Assembly: GCA_963639175.1 (NCBI GenBank)
Contig: CAVHUN010000066.1
Coordinates: 1 to 61,846, forward strand
Direction of reading: 5' to 3'
Source: an uncultured Prevotella sp.
GTDB taxonomy: Bacteria > Bacillota_I > Bacilli_A > RFN20 > CAG-288
Length of the DNA stretch: 61,846 nt
Below, piece by piece: positions 1 to 8,884 of the stretch; position 1 is the stretch's first letter, and the number at the start of each line of letters is the position of its first letter. The notes beneath the pieces were generated by a model, which worked only from the letters and a program-made list of their open reading frames with translations, was not told the DNA's origin and did no database searches. Made by a program: the position numbers and the translations under genes.

Positions 1-874
1 CAATTTTATTTGAAAACTCATATTTACTTAATGAAAGCATTTGCTTAACAATTAAATTCATTCTATTTGTTTCAGCTAATATTCTTTCTAGAGCAAAATC
101 TTGTTCTTGTTTAGTATCTAAAAAGCCTTCTTTTAACATCTGAGCATATCCACTAATTGAAGTTAATGGAGACTTTAATTCATGAGAAGCATTAGCAAAA
201 AAGTCTCTTTTTGTATTTTCTAATTCTTTTCTAGAAGTAATATCAGTAAAAAATAATCCAACAAAATTATTTTTAGATTTAGAAATCAATTCATCATGAT
301 TAATTGAATAAATTGAAACGATGTATGTTTTATTTGAAATAGCGTATTCAAATTGAGTTTTATATTCTTGAATTAAGCATTTATTAAATCCATCTAATAT
401 ATGTTTAGAATCAATAAATGTGTTTAATTTAACACCTATTTTTCCATAAGGAAATATGGAATTTAAATACGAATTTACTAATATTATTCTTCCTTCTCCA
501 TCAGTTAAAATAATTCCTTGGTTTGTAGTATTAATTATCTTAGTTAGTTCTTCAGAAGATAATTTATACATTTTTAAATAGTCTAAATAAACAAGTTGAA
601 GATTAGTTTGATTTAGATTTTCAATAGTTGAATCTTTTAATATTTCGTTTAATTCCTTTTTTAAATTTTCTTCTTCTTTTTCCATCTTTTTATAAGAAGA
701 ATAATTAAAAATTACTATTAATAAAACAAATACAATTAAGAAAATAGTCAAGCTTAAAAAGATGACTAAGAAATTATTAAAACTGTAATAAATAGTAAAT
801 ATTAAAGAAATAATATATATTATAAACAAGCAAACACAAGATAATATACCATTCTTTTTAAAATCAGTTTTCAT
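1..874 (-). CDS. sensor histidine kinase, N-terminal ~291 codons (3' end beyond the window start); PhoR-like
   Basis: Absent from the ORF track because it runs off the window. My translation from the ATG (revcomp of 872-874) reads MKTDFKKNGILSCVCLFII... It has two hydrophobic segments, a PAS-like stretch, then the HisKA H-box FANASHELKSPLTSISGYAQML (around nt 150-200). The start abuts the stop of the response regulator at 876. Confidence 0.8.
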   Translation of the reverse strand, partial: MKTDFKKNGILSCVCLFIIYIISLIFTIYYSFNNFLVIFLSLTIFLIVFVLLIVIFNYSSYKKMEKEEENLKKELNEILKDSTIENLNQTNLQLVYLDYLKMYKLSSEELTKIINTTNQGIILTDGEGRIILVNSYLNSIFPYGKIGVKLNTFIDSKHILDGFNKCLIQEYKTQFEYAISNKTYIVSIYSINHDELISKSKNNFVGLFFTDITSRKELENTKRDFFANASHELKSPLTSISGYAQMLKEGFLDTKQEQDFALERILAETNRMNLIVKQMLSLSKYEFSNKI

Positions 875-875
875 A

Positions 876-1541
876 TTAACTAACTATATATCCTACTCCA
901 TATATAGTTTTAATTATTTTAGAATCTTTATCATCAATTTTCTTTCTTATGCTTTTTACATGCATATCTAAAGTTCTTGATTCTATCATTTCAGTTCCAT
1001 AAAGGTGATTGAATAGTTCTTCTCTAGTTATTGCTCTACCTTTATTTTTAAATAAATAAGAAATTATCTCAAATTCCATATTGGTGAGATTAACTTCTTT
1101 TTCTCCTATTTTTAATAAATGCTTATCTAAATCAATTTCAAAATTATCGTACTTTATAATGTTTTTATTTTTGTTTCTTCTTAATCTAGCATTTACTCTT
1201 GATAATAATTCTAAAATATTAAATGGTTTTTCAATATAATCATCAGCTCCACTATCTAGACCATCTACTTTATCAAGGGGATTGCGCTTAGCTGAAATTA
1301 TAATTATTTGAATATTATCGTTAGAACTATCCTTTTTAATTTCTTTTAATATATCTATTCCAGAACAATCAGGTAACATTAAATCAAGTAATACCATATC
1401 TGGTTTTACTTTATTAAATTCCTTTTTAAAGTCTTCACCTAATTGAAAAGATTTTACTTGATATCCAACTTTAGTTAATGTTGTAGAAATTATTTTTGCA
1501 ATATCAATATCATCTTCTAAAGAATATATTAATTCAGACAT
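876..1541 (-). CDS. OmpR/PhoB-family response regulator (receiver domain plus winged helix)
   Basis: Receiver motif DMVLLDLMLPD. The C-terminal wHTH ends in RTLDMHVKSIRKKI...YGVGYIVS. It lies immediately upstream of the kinase in the same operon. Confidence 0.9.
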   Translation of the reverse strand: MSELIYSLEDDIDIAKIISTTLTKVGYQVKSFQLGEDFKKEFNKVKPDMVLLDLMLPDCSGIDILKEIKKDSSNDNIQIIIISAKRNPLDKVDGLDSGADDYIEKPFNILELLSRVNARLRRNKNKNIIKYDNFEIDLDKHLLKIGEKEVNLTNMEFEIISYLFKNKGRAITREELFNHLYGTEMIESRTLDMHVKSIRKKIDDKDSKIIKTIYGVGYIVS

Positions 1542-1616
1542 TTTGACCCTCTTTACGTAATTAGTATATTAAATATTTAAATATATGTGATTATAAATTG
1601 TAAAAAGGTTGTAAAT

Positions 1617-2411
1617 TTATTCAAATTTCAATTTCTCAATGACATTTAAATTGTATTTTTTAATGTAATTTACCACAATATCGTTAGCAAGTTGATTATC
1701 GATTTGATTAGGGGCATGAGCATCTTGACCAACTATAACTTTAGCGTTAAATTTCTTGCAGGTTTTTAAAAATAATTCTGTAGGATAAAAATATCTATTT
1801 TCTTCCCCTATTCTTTGTTTGCCATTTCTAATTCCAGCTACATTTATTTCTAAAGGAATATCTAATTTAACACATAAACCAACTAAATCATCCATGACTT
1901 TTTTAACATCTTTATCAACTGTTTCAATATTAGACATAAAATAATCAGGATGAGCAAAACAATTAAAGCATCCAGTTTGTAAACTTGAAAAAGCTAAGTC
2001 TCTATATAAATATAATTCAGATGCATTAGTAATTTTAGAAAAATGGCAGAATAATTGCTTATTTTCATTCATAGCAAAATGATTTCCTAATATTAAATAA
2101 TCTATCTTTTTAGAAGAGATAATCTCTTTATAAAATGGATAATAAAGTGGAAAGGCTTCTGCTTCAAATCCAACATATATTTTCATTCTATCTTTGTATT
2201 TTTCTTTTAAAGAATTAATTGAAGAAATATAGTCTTCCATTAAAGAATAATCTCCTCTAATTCCAACTTGAGAAAAGTTAGGTAGCATAATATGATCAGA
2301 AAAGCCTAATTCATACATACTAGCTCCTAAAGCTTGTTTAACATAATCTTCATCTTTACCACTTGCATGGCCACATCTAGATGTGTGAGTGTGATAATTA
2401 GTCTTCAACAT
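1617..2411 (-). CDS. PHP-domain phosphatase, HisJ (histidinol-phosphatase) family
   Basis: N-terminal NYHTHTSRCGHASG, plus internal HPDY and DAH motifs typical of PHP/HisJ phosphoesterases. Confidence 0.7.
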   Translation of the reverse strand: MLKTNYHTHTSRCGHASGKDEDYVKQALGASMYELGFSDHIMLPNFSQVGIRGDYSLMEDYISSINSLKEKYKDRMKIYVGFEAEAFPLYYPFYKEIISSKKIDYLILGNHFAMNENKQLFCHFSKITNASELYLYRDLAFSSLQTGCFNCFAHPDYFMSNIETVDKDVKKVMDDLVGLCVKLDIPLEINVAGIRNGKQRIGEENRYFYPTELFLKTCKKFNAKVIVGQDAHAPNQIDNQLANDIVVNYIKKYNLNVIEKLKFE

Positions 2412-3144
2412 AATAATATACCTTATCTAATATTAACCCATTTGCCTCAGCTTTTAGACTAATATGTTGTTTATTTTTTCCTTCTAATTTATCTATTATA
2501 TCATCTAAAGAAAGCTTATTCATGCTTGTTAATAAGCTAGCACCTATCATGTATCTAATTTGATAACGTCCAAATGCTCTTCCTGTAATTAAAACTTTGT
2601 ATCGGGTTTGATCAACTTGACTTACACTTACATCTTCAATTTTTTTATATTTATCTTCTTTATCATCTTCTAAAGAAAAAAAGCAAGAAAAATCATGTTC
2701 ACCTTTAAAAAGTAAACAGGCTTTTTTAAATAATTCAACATCACATTTATATACAAAATTAGCGCAAAATCTATCTTTTAAAGGATCGTTAGGTCCAAAA
2801 TTAATATTGTATTCATATCTTTTCATATAAGAATTAATTCTAGAAACAAAACTAAGCTGAACAAATTTACAATCCAATATTCTTATATAATTTGGTAACA
2901 ATCTATTTAACACATATTTTAATTGTTTTGGCTCAAACTTTTCTTCAACTATAAAATTAGCAATAAATTCTCTTGCAGAGACTCCTTTATCTAATCTTGA
3001 TCCCATTTTTAAAGGAACTTCTATATTAAAAAGCTTTTCAAGAGTCTTTTTTAATAAGCCTTGAACAGTATAATAATTCGATTGAATTTGAGTACCAGTA
3101 AAATAAAGGCCATCAAATGTAAATATCAATAAATAATTAACCAT
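2398..3144 (-). CDS. truA: tRNA pseudouridine(38-40) synthase TruA
   Basis: N-terminus FDGLYFTGTQIQ, an Asp loop SRLDKGVSA (variant of RTDxGVHA), ~248 aa, and the conserved position after ecfT. Confidence 0.75.
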   Translation of the reverse strand: MVNYLLIFTFDGLYFTGTQIQSNYYTVQGLLKKTLEKLFNIEVPLKMGSRLDKGVSAREFIANFIVEEKFEPKQLKYVLNRLLPNYIRILDCKFVQLSFVSRINSYMKRYEYNINFGPNDPLKDRFCANFVYKCDVELFKKACLLFKGEHDFSCFFSLEDDKEDKYKKIEDVSVSQVDQTRYKVLITGRAFGRYQIRYMIGASLLTSMNKLSLDDIIDKLEGKNKQHISLKAEANGLILDKVYYYVED

Positions 3145-4000
3145 TAATCATTCCTTTTATACAAGTTATAAATTCAACTTGATATACACTTAATAATATC
3201 ATGCCAGTAAAAAATAATAGATTTACTAATGTTAATATACTATCTTTTATATTCCATTTTTTATAGTCATATCTAGTTCTTTTCCCAAGTGGATTATATC
3301 CTCTTGCATCCATTGCATCAGCTAAATCTGCTGATTTTCCTAAACAAGAAATAAAAAGTGGAATAATTAAAGAAACTAAGCCTTTAAATCTATCTTTTAA
3401 TTTGCCGTTTTTTAAATCAACTCCTCTAGAAGCTTGAGCTTGAATTATTCTATTTGCTTCATCAGCTAAAGTAGGAATAAATCTAAGTGCTAAAGATAAA
3501 GTCATTGAGAAAATATGAATAGCAACTTTCATTCCATTGCAAAATGCTAAAAATGATAATAACCATTCTAAAGCAAAAGTAAGCTCCATAGGTTTAGTAG
3601 TCGCAGTTAAAATTGATGTGATAATTACCATTAAAATCAATCTAACTACTATATAAATAGTCCTATATAAGCCCTCATCATAAAAATCAAATTTCCCTAT
3701 TGAAAACAATATATTTCCTTGTTGAACTAAGAAAAAGTTTAATATTAATAAAATTATCATCATAATCCATAAAGCCGACACACTTTTTAAAATAGAAAAT
3801 AAAGAAACTTTACCAATAATTACTATTGTCATTAATATAATAAAGAAAATTCCATACATGATAAAATTTTGAAAGTTAGAACCATAATTTAAAAATACAG
3901 CTACTAACATAACAATAAAAGATATAAGTTTAACTCTTGCATCAATTTTATGAATTGGAGTTTTTATAGGAACATATCTTCCAAGTACAATATCATTCAT
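3137..4000 (-). CDS. ecfT: ECF transporter transmembrane component EcfT
   Basis: Polytopic membrane protein with an ARG-type coupling helix (SRGVDLKNG, MDARGYNP). It directly follows two EcfA ATPase genes, with overlapping stops and starts. Confidence 0.8.
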   Translation of the reverse strand: MNDIVLGRYVPIKTPIHKIDARVKLISFIVMLVAVFLNYGSNFQNFIMYGIFFIILMTIVIIGKVSLFSILKSVSALWIMMIILLILNFFLVQQGNILFSIGKFDFYDEGLYRTIYIVVRLILMVIITSILTATTKPMELTFALEWLLSFLAFCNGMKVAIHIFSMTLSLALRFIPTLADEANRIIQAQASRGVDLKNGKLKDRFKGLVSLIIPLFISCLGKSADLADAMDARGYNPLGKRTRYDYKKWNIKDSILTLVNLLFFTGMILLSVYQVEFITCIKGMING

Positions 4001-4904
4001 CTTTTACCCTCTTAATTTCTAAGGCTAAACTTGCAACATCTTTGATGTTTTTTAAATCCAATTTCAATCCGTTTTCTATCAATTTATTTGCTAAATTGAA
4101 GACTTCTGGTGGTCTAATTGCTGACTTTTCTAATATTTGACTATTTTGGAACAAGCTTAAAGGATCTCCATTAAATATTATTTTAGAATGATCCATTACT
4201 ATAGCTTGTTTAACATATTTTAAAACAATATCCATATTGTGAGTGACTAAGATAATGTTTTTTCCTTGATTATATATAGAATTAAATAATTCCATCATTT
4301 GTTTTTCACCAAGAGGATCTAACCCAGCTGTTGGTTCATCTAAAATTAATACATCAGGATCTAAAGCTAATATTCCTGCAATTGCTACTCTTCTTTTTTG
4401 TCCACCCGATAATTCAAATGGACTTTTTGAATATAAAGATTTATCTATTCCAACTAATTCTAAGGCTTTTTTAGCTTGTTGTTCAGCCTTTTGTTTATCC
4501 ACTTTAAAATTTAAAGGGCCATACATTACATCTTCTAAAATAGTAGGTTCAAAGAGTTGATATTCAGGAAATTGAAAAACTAATCCGGCTTTTTTTCTTA
4601 ATAATTTAACATCAAATTGTTTATTTTTTCTAAACATTTTCTTTTTTGTTAATTTAGTATCAATAAAGCAAGCCTTTTTACCTTTTGTGTAGATTTGGAA
4701 ATTATCTAAACTAACATTCCCTTGAGTTGGTAACAATAAACCATTTATATGTTGAACTAAAGTGGACTTACCTGAACCAGTTTGACCAATTAAGCTAGTA
4801 AAAAAATGCCCTTCTAATTCTAAATTAATATCATTTAAAGCTTTGTATTCAAAAGGAGTCTTTTTTGAATAAGTATGATAAACATGTTCAAATTTTATTT
4901 GCAT
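3993..4904 (-). CDS. ecfA2: ECF transporter ATPase EcfA2
   Basis: Walker A GQTGSGKST, signature LSGGQKRRVAIAG and Walker B LILDEPT. It is the second ATPase of the ecfA1-ecfA2-ecfT order. Confidence 0.85.
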   Translation of the reverse strand: MQIKFEHVYHTYSKKTPFEYKALNDINLELEGHFFTSLIGQTGSGKSTLVQHINGLLLPTQGNVSLDNFQIYTKGKKACFIDTKLTKKKMFRKNKQFDVKLLRKKAGLVFQFPEYQLFEPTILEDVMYGPLNFKVDKQKAEQQAKKALELVGIDKSLYSKSPFELSGGQKRRVAIAGILALDPDVLILDEPTAGLDPLGEKQMMELFNSIYNQGKNIILVTHNMDIVLKYVKQAIVMDHSKIIFNGDPLSLFQNSQILEKSAIRPPEVFNLANKLIENGLKLDLKNIKDVASLALEIKRVKDE

Positions 4905-5722
4905 AATATCTTAATTAACTCCTCAGTTGAACTAGCACCTTTTACATCTATTCCAAGTTCTTTTAATTTTTCATCTAATTCCATGAAAAATGGAATATCT
5001 AATTGATATTGCTTTAATAATTTAGAATCTTTAAAAACGACACTAGGAACATCATCTAAGACTTTTTGACCATCATTTAAAACAATTACATGGTCAGATG
5101 AATAAGCTTCTTGAATATCATGAGTGATTGAAATTACTGTTAAATCTTCATTTTCTTTTTTCAATTGTTTAATAAAATACAAGATTTCTTCTTTACCTTT
5201 TGGATCTAACATAGAAGTTGCTTCATCCATTATTAAAATAGAAGGGTTTCTTGCTAAAACACCTGCAATGGCCACTCTTTGTTTTTGACCACCAGATAAC
5301 AAAGAAGGAGATTTTTCTAAATAATCTTGCATATTGACTTTTTTAGCGTATTCAACAACAAGTTCTTTCATTTTATTTTCTTCTACACAATCATTTTCTA
5401 GTCCAAAGGCAATATCATCTTTAACACTAGAGGCGATAAATTGATTATCTGGATTTTGAAATACTATTCCTAACTTCTTTCTAAGATCATATAAATTATC
5501 TTCAGTTAATTTTTCGTTAAATATTAAAATATCTCCTTTATTAGCTTCTAAAAGTCCCATGATTAATCTAGCAATAGTAGATTTACCAGAACCATTATGG
5601 CCTAATAAACAAGTGTATTCCCCTTTATATATTTTAAAAGATACATCTTTAACCGCTTTTAAAGAAGTAGAAGGATAGGAAAATTCAAGATGATTTACTT
5701 CTAATACGACTTGTTTATTCAT
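4895..5722 (-). CDS. ecfA1: ECF transporter ATPase EcfA1
   Basis: Walker A GHNGSGKST, signature LSGGQKQRVAIAG and Walker B LIMDEAT. Confidence 0.85.
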   Translation of the reverse strand: MNKQVVLEVNHLEFSYPSTSLKAVKDVSFKIYKGEYTCLLGHNGSGKSTIARLIMGLLEANKGDILIFNEKLTEDNLYDLRKKLGIVFQNPDNQFIASSVKDDIAFGLENDCVEENKMKELVVEYAKKVNMQDYLEKSPSLLSGGQKQRVAIAGVLARNPSILIMDEATSMLDPKGKEEILYFIKQLKKENEDLTVISITHDIQEAYSSDHVIVLNDGQKVLDDVPSVVFKDSKLLKQYQLDIPFFMELDEKLKELGIDVKGASSTEELIKILCK

Positions 5723-5999
5723 CTATTTTGTCTTCTTTCTTTTTGACTCTTTTTAATTTAGATTCCCTTTTATAAATATTGTATTCTCTACAAAATCCAT
5801 ATATCCAATATCCAACAATGCAAGCTAAACAAAAACAAGCAAAGCAAATAAAAAATATCTTTCTAACATAAGTGTTAGATTTAAAAGCGATTGGATAAAA
5901 ACAAACAAGAACAATTATTAAACATAACATGATAATAAATGTTCCTCTTAGATAATATTTGTAATTGAATTTAAATTTCATTTCCATCTCCAAAGTCAA
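5715..5999 (-). CDS. small membrane protein, unknown function (2 predicted TM segments)
   Basis: Two hydrophobic helices and a basic C-terminus. Internal Met codons (MEMKF) may be the true start, because the 5' end overlaps the deaminase gene. Confidence 0.4.
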   Translation of the reverse strand: MTLEMEMKFKFNYKYYLRGTFIIMLCLIIVLVCFYPIAFKSNTYVRKIFFICFACFCLACIVGYWIYGFCREYNIYKRESKLKRVKKKEDKIDE

Positions 6000-6459
6000 T
6001 ATTAGGTACTCTTCCTACATATCTTCTTATTTTTACATCAGCATTTTTTAAAATTAAACAACTTGCTAAACCAAGTCCATCATTCATGTGTTTATCAGAA
6101 AGATAAACTACTTCAACTATACCAGATTGAACAATAGCTTTTGCACATTCATTGCAAGGAAATCTAGTTACATAAATAGTTGTGCCAGTTAAATCCTTAT
6201 TTGCATTTAATATTGCGTTTAATTCAGCGTGAACTACATATGGTTTTTTAGTTTTTAGAGGATCTTCATCTTCTTTTCCCCATGGCATTAATCTATCATC
6301 ACAGCCTTTAGGCATACCATTATACCCTAATGAATAGACTCTATTATTTTTAATAATAGCAGCGCCAACTTTACAAGCCGGGTCTTTACTACGCATAGAA
6401 GATAGTAAAGCTATTCCCATAAAATATTCTTCCCAATTAATAAACTTTCCTTCTTCCAT
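5971..6459 (-). CDS. comEB: dCMP deaminase (ComEB family)
   Basis: Zinc motifs HAELNAI and PCNECAKAI. The product is 162 aa. Confidence 0.85.
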   Translation of the reverse strand: MEEGKFINWEEYFMGIALLSSMRSKDPACKVGAAIIKNNRVYSLGYNGMPKGCDDRLMPWGKEDEDPLKTKKPYVVHAELNAILNANKDLTGTTIYVTRFPCNECAKAIVQSGIVEVVYLSDKHMNDGLGLASCLILKNADVKIRRYVGRVPNIDFGDGNEI

Positions 6460-6573
6460 ACAAATAAGCTCCTAACTTTATTATTATATTATAAAAATAA
6501 TATAAATTAGAAAATATACTTATAAAAACGTTTACTTTTAATATGATTTCTTTTATCAATTTTAAAAATTTGC

Positions 6574-6611
6574 TTTACATTTCCTTTACAATTGTTTGCT
6601 AAATCTTGAAA
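6574..6611 (+). promoter_or_regulatory. Pho-box-like direct repeats upstream of pstS
   Basis: TTTACA (6574-6579), TTTACA (6585-6590), TTGCTA (6596-6601) and TTGAAA (6606-6611) fall at 11/11/10-nt phasing. TATAAA follows at 6619-6624. This matches the Bacillus PhoP consensus TT(A/T/C)ACA repeated about every 11 bp. Confidence 0.5.
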
Positions 6612-6677
6612 TTTTTCTTATAAAAACAAGTTTACACTATAAATGTAAGCAAATAGCTTACTAAGGAGAAAGAAAAA

Positions 6678-7757
6678 ATGAAAAAGAGTTTATCATTATT
6701 AACTGTCTTATTTAGTTTATCTTTATGTTCAAGTTGTTCACCTTCTTCAAACACCTCTAGTGTTGATTCAAGTAGTTCAGCTCAAACAAAAATCAATGTT
6801 TATACACGTGATGGAGAATCAGGTACAAGAGAAGCCTTTACAGAAAAATTAGGAATTTCAGAAGCTAAAAATAAAAACGATTTATTAGTAAGTGGGGCTA
6901 GCCAAGTTACTTCTAATGGCGATATGATGACAAAAATTAAAGCTGATACAAAAGGAATTGGTTATGCTTCTTTAGATGGAATTACTCCTACAAGTGGAGT
7001 TAAAGCCTTAAAAGTTGAAGGAGTTGCTCCTAGTGAAGATTCAGTCTTAGATGGCACATATAAATTACAAAGAAACTTTGTCTATGCAATAAGTAAAACT
7101 AAAGGAACTAGATCTGATGCAAAATGGGCATTAATTCAATCTTATGTTGATTTTATGACTAAAACAAAAGAAGGAATCGCTGCAATTAAAGCTGATGGTG
7201 GAATTGTAAAAAGTGAAGTTAGTAAAGCTGCAGTAAGCTATGCCGATTTAATTTCAAGTGAAAATAAACCAAGTTGGGTTACTACATTAAATTTAGGAAG
7301 TGATGGTAAAATACCTGCTTCATCAACTGCTTTAAATGAAAAGATCAACTTTGTTGGTTCTACTTCAGTTGAAAAAATTTCAAAAAGTGTTGGTACTGCT
7401 TGGGCAAGTTATATAGGCTTTTCTACTGATGGAGATCATCAATATCATAATCACCAAGGTTCAGGAACAGCTGCAACTAGCTTAGAAAGTGGTGAAGGCG
7501 ATATTGGTTTTACTAGTAGAGATTTAAAAGATGCAGAAAAAGAAAAAGTCGGTACTAATGGGTTAATTTGTTTAGATGCAGTTGCTACTATTGTTAATAG
7601 TTCTAATAATTATGTCTCTGACATAACTATTAAACAAATTAGAGATATCTATTTTAACCAATCTAAGATTGATTCTTATAAAGGTAAAGATGCTAATGGA
7701 AATAGTGTAGATAGCTTAGAAACTCAAATCAGTTATTGGGAAGAACTTAGTAAATAA
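6678..7757 (+). CDS. pstS: phosphate-binding lipoprotein PstS, apparently circularly permuted
   Basis: Signal peptide plus lipobox (LSLCSSC). PstS motifs are present in swapped order. RDGESGTREAF...IGYASL...GTYKLQR comes first. VGSTS...QGSGTAAT...DIGFTSRDLK...IKQIRDIY follows. It is the first gene of the pstSCAB-phoU operon. Confidence 0.8.
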   Translation: MKKSLSLLTVLFSLSLCSSCSPSSNTSSVDSSSSAQTKINVYTRDGESGTREAFTEKLGISEAKNKNDLLVSGASQVTSNGDMMTKIKADTKGIGYASLDGITPTSGVKALKVEGVAPSEDSVLDGTYKLQRNFVYAISKTKGTRSDAKWALIQSYVDFMTKTKEGIAAIKADGGIVKSEVSKAAVSYADLISSENKPSWVTTLNLGSDGKIPASSTALNEKINFVGSTSVEKISKSVGTAWASYIGFSTDGDHQYHNHQGSGTAATSLESGEGDIGFTSRDLKDAEKEKVGTNGLICLDAVATIVNSSNNYVSDITIKQIRDIYFNQSKIDSYKGKDANGNSVDSLETQISYWEELSK

Positions 7758-7833
7758 TAATTATTAATAAAAAATCATTTAGAGTGACTTATTTTTATAA
7801 GCCACTCTTTACTAGTTATAAGGAATTTATTTT

Positions 7834-8883
7834 ATGGACGTAAATATAAATAAAATTGAACAATCTGCTTCTAGAAAGCACATTATAGATAACATTGTTA
7901 AATTCATTTTCTTTTTTATCGCTTTAATTTGTGCTTCTAGTATTATTTTTATAGCAGTTTTCATTTTAATAAAAGGTTTAACTCCCTTTTTTAAGACATA
8001 TACTTCATCTTCAGGAGAACAAATTAAAGAATCATTTAGCGTTTTCTTTTTTGAAACTACTTGGTCACTTGGTGATCAATTTGGTGTTTGTTATTTAATT
8101 ATTAACACTTTATTTGCTACTTTTTGTTCTTTAATTATTTCTATTCCAGTTTCAATTTTAACTGCTCTTTTAATTGTTCAAATTGCCCCTAAATATATTA
8201 GTATTATCCTTCAAGCAGGAATTGAATTACTCTCTTCAATTCCAAGTGTAATTTACGGTTTATTTGGAGCTGGATATATTACAAAGATTGTCTTAGCAAT
8301 TTCAAATGCTTTTAATTATTCATCATTTGGAGGAGCTAGTTTATTATCTGGGGTTATTGTTTTAGCAATTATGTCAATTCCAACTATGACTTTGATGTCA
8401 ATTGGAGCTATTAAAGGAGTAGATAAAAATCTAATTCAAGCTAGTTTAGCTTTAGGAGCAAGTAAAACCCAAACCAATTTTAAAATAGTTATTAAAGCAG
8501 CTAGTAGTGGAATATTTGCAGGAATTATTTTAGGAGTAGGAAGAGCACTTGGAGAAGCTAGCGCAATTCAAATGGTTATTGGAAATGCTACTAGTGGAAT
8601 TAGCTTTGATTTATTAGCACCTAGTTCTACTTTAACTACTAATATGTTAATGGGCATGGGTGAAGCAGTTATCAATTCACTTGGATATGATATTAGATTT
8701 ACTGCTGGCATTTTATTAATCTTAATTATCTTTATTATTGATGTAATCTTAAATTCTATTAAAAATAGCATTTATTATAAGCAAACTGGCAAAGGTAAAA
8801 TTGGACTATTTAATAAATTAATTATTCAAATAAAAAGTAATTTCACTAAACCAAAAATTGAAAGTTTAAAACAAGGTGAATAA
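7834..8883 (+). CDS. pstC: phosphate ABC transporter permease PstC
   Basis: Polytopic permease with an EAA-type loop (ASLALGASKTQTNFKIV). Confidence 0.85.
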   Translation: MDVNINKIEQSASRKHIIDNIVKFIFFFIALICASSIIFIAVFILIKGLTPFFKTYTSSSGEQIKESFSVFFFETTWSLGDQFGVCYLIINTLFATFCSLIISIPVSILTALLIVQIAPKYISIILQAGIELLSSIPSVIYGLFGAGYITKIVLAISNAFNYSSFGGASLLSGVIVLAIMSIPTMTLMSIGAIKGVDKNLIQASLALGASKTQTNFKIVIKAASSGIFAGIILGVGRALGEASAIQMVIGNATSGISFDLLAPSSTLTTNMLMGMGEAVINSLGYDIRFTAGILLILIIFIIDVILNSIKNSIYYKQTGKGKIGLFNKLIIQIKSNFTKPKIESLKQGE

Positions 8884-8884
8884 T

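Noticed and set aside
2398-3144. TruA as a possible pseudo-enzyme, because its catalytic loop reads SRLDKGVSA instead of GRTDxGVHA.
   Set aside because: The catalytic Asp is retained and the ORF is intact in its conserved operon position. This is most simply a divergent but functional TruA.
8568-8771. Short ORFs of 60-101 aa lie antisense to, or in alternate frames of, long well-supported genes. They are 8568-8771, 10329-10511, 14727-14930, 21578-21805, 24329-24511, 25446-25634, 25714-25923, 26451-26654, 28778-29083, 40985-41173, 44811-45023, 46287-46484, 47991-48176, 50220-50402, 50366-50569, 50704-50928, 57305-57532 and 57760-58032.
   Set aside because: Each lies entirely, or almost entirely, within a longer gene that has clear family motifs. 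They have Ile/Leu/Phe/Lys-rich compositions typical of shadow frames in AT-rich DNA, and I could find no RBS for any of them.
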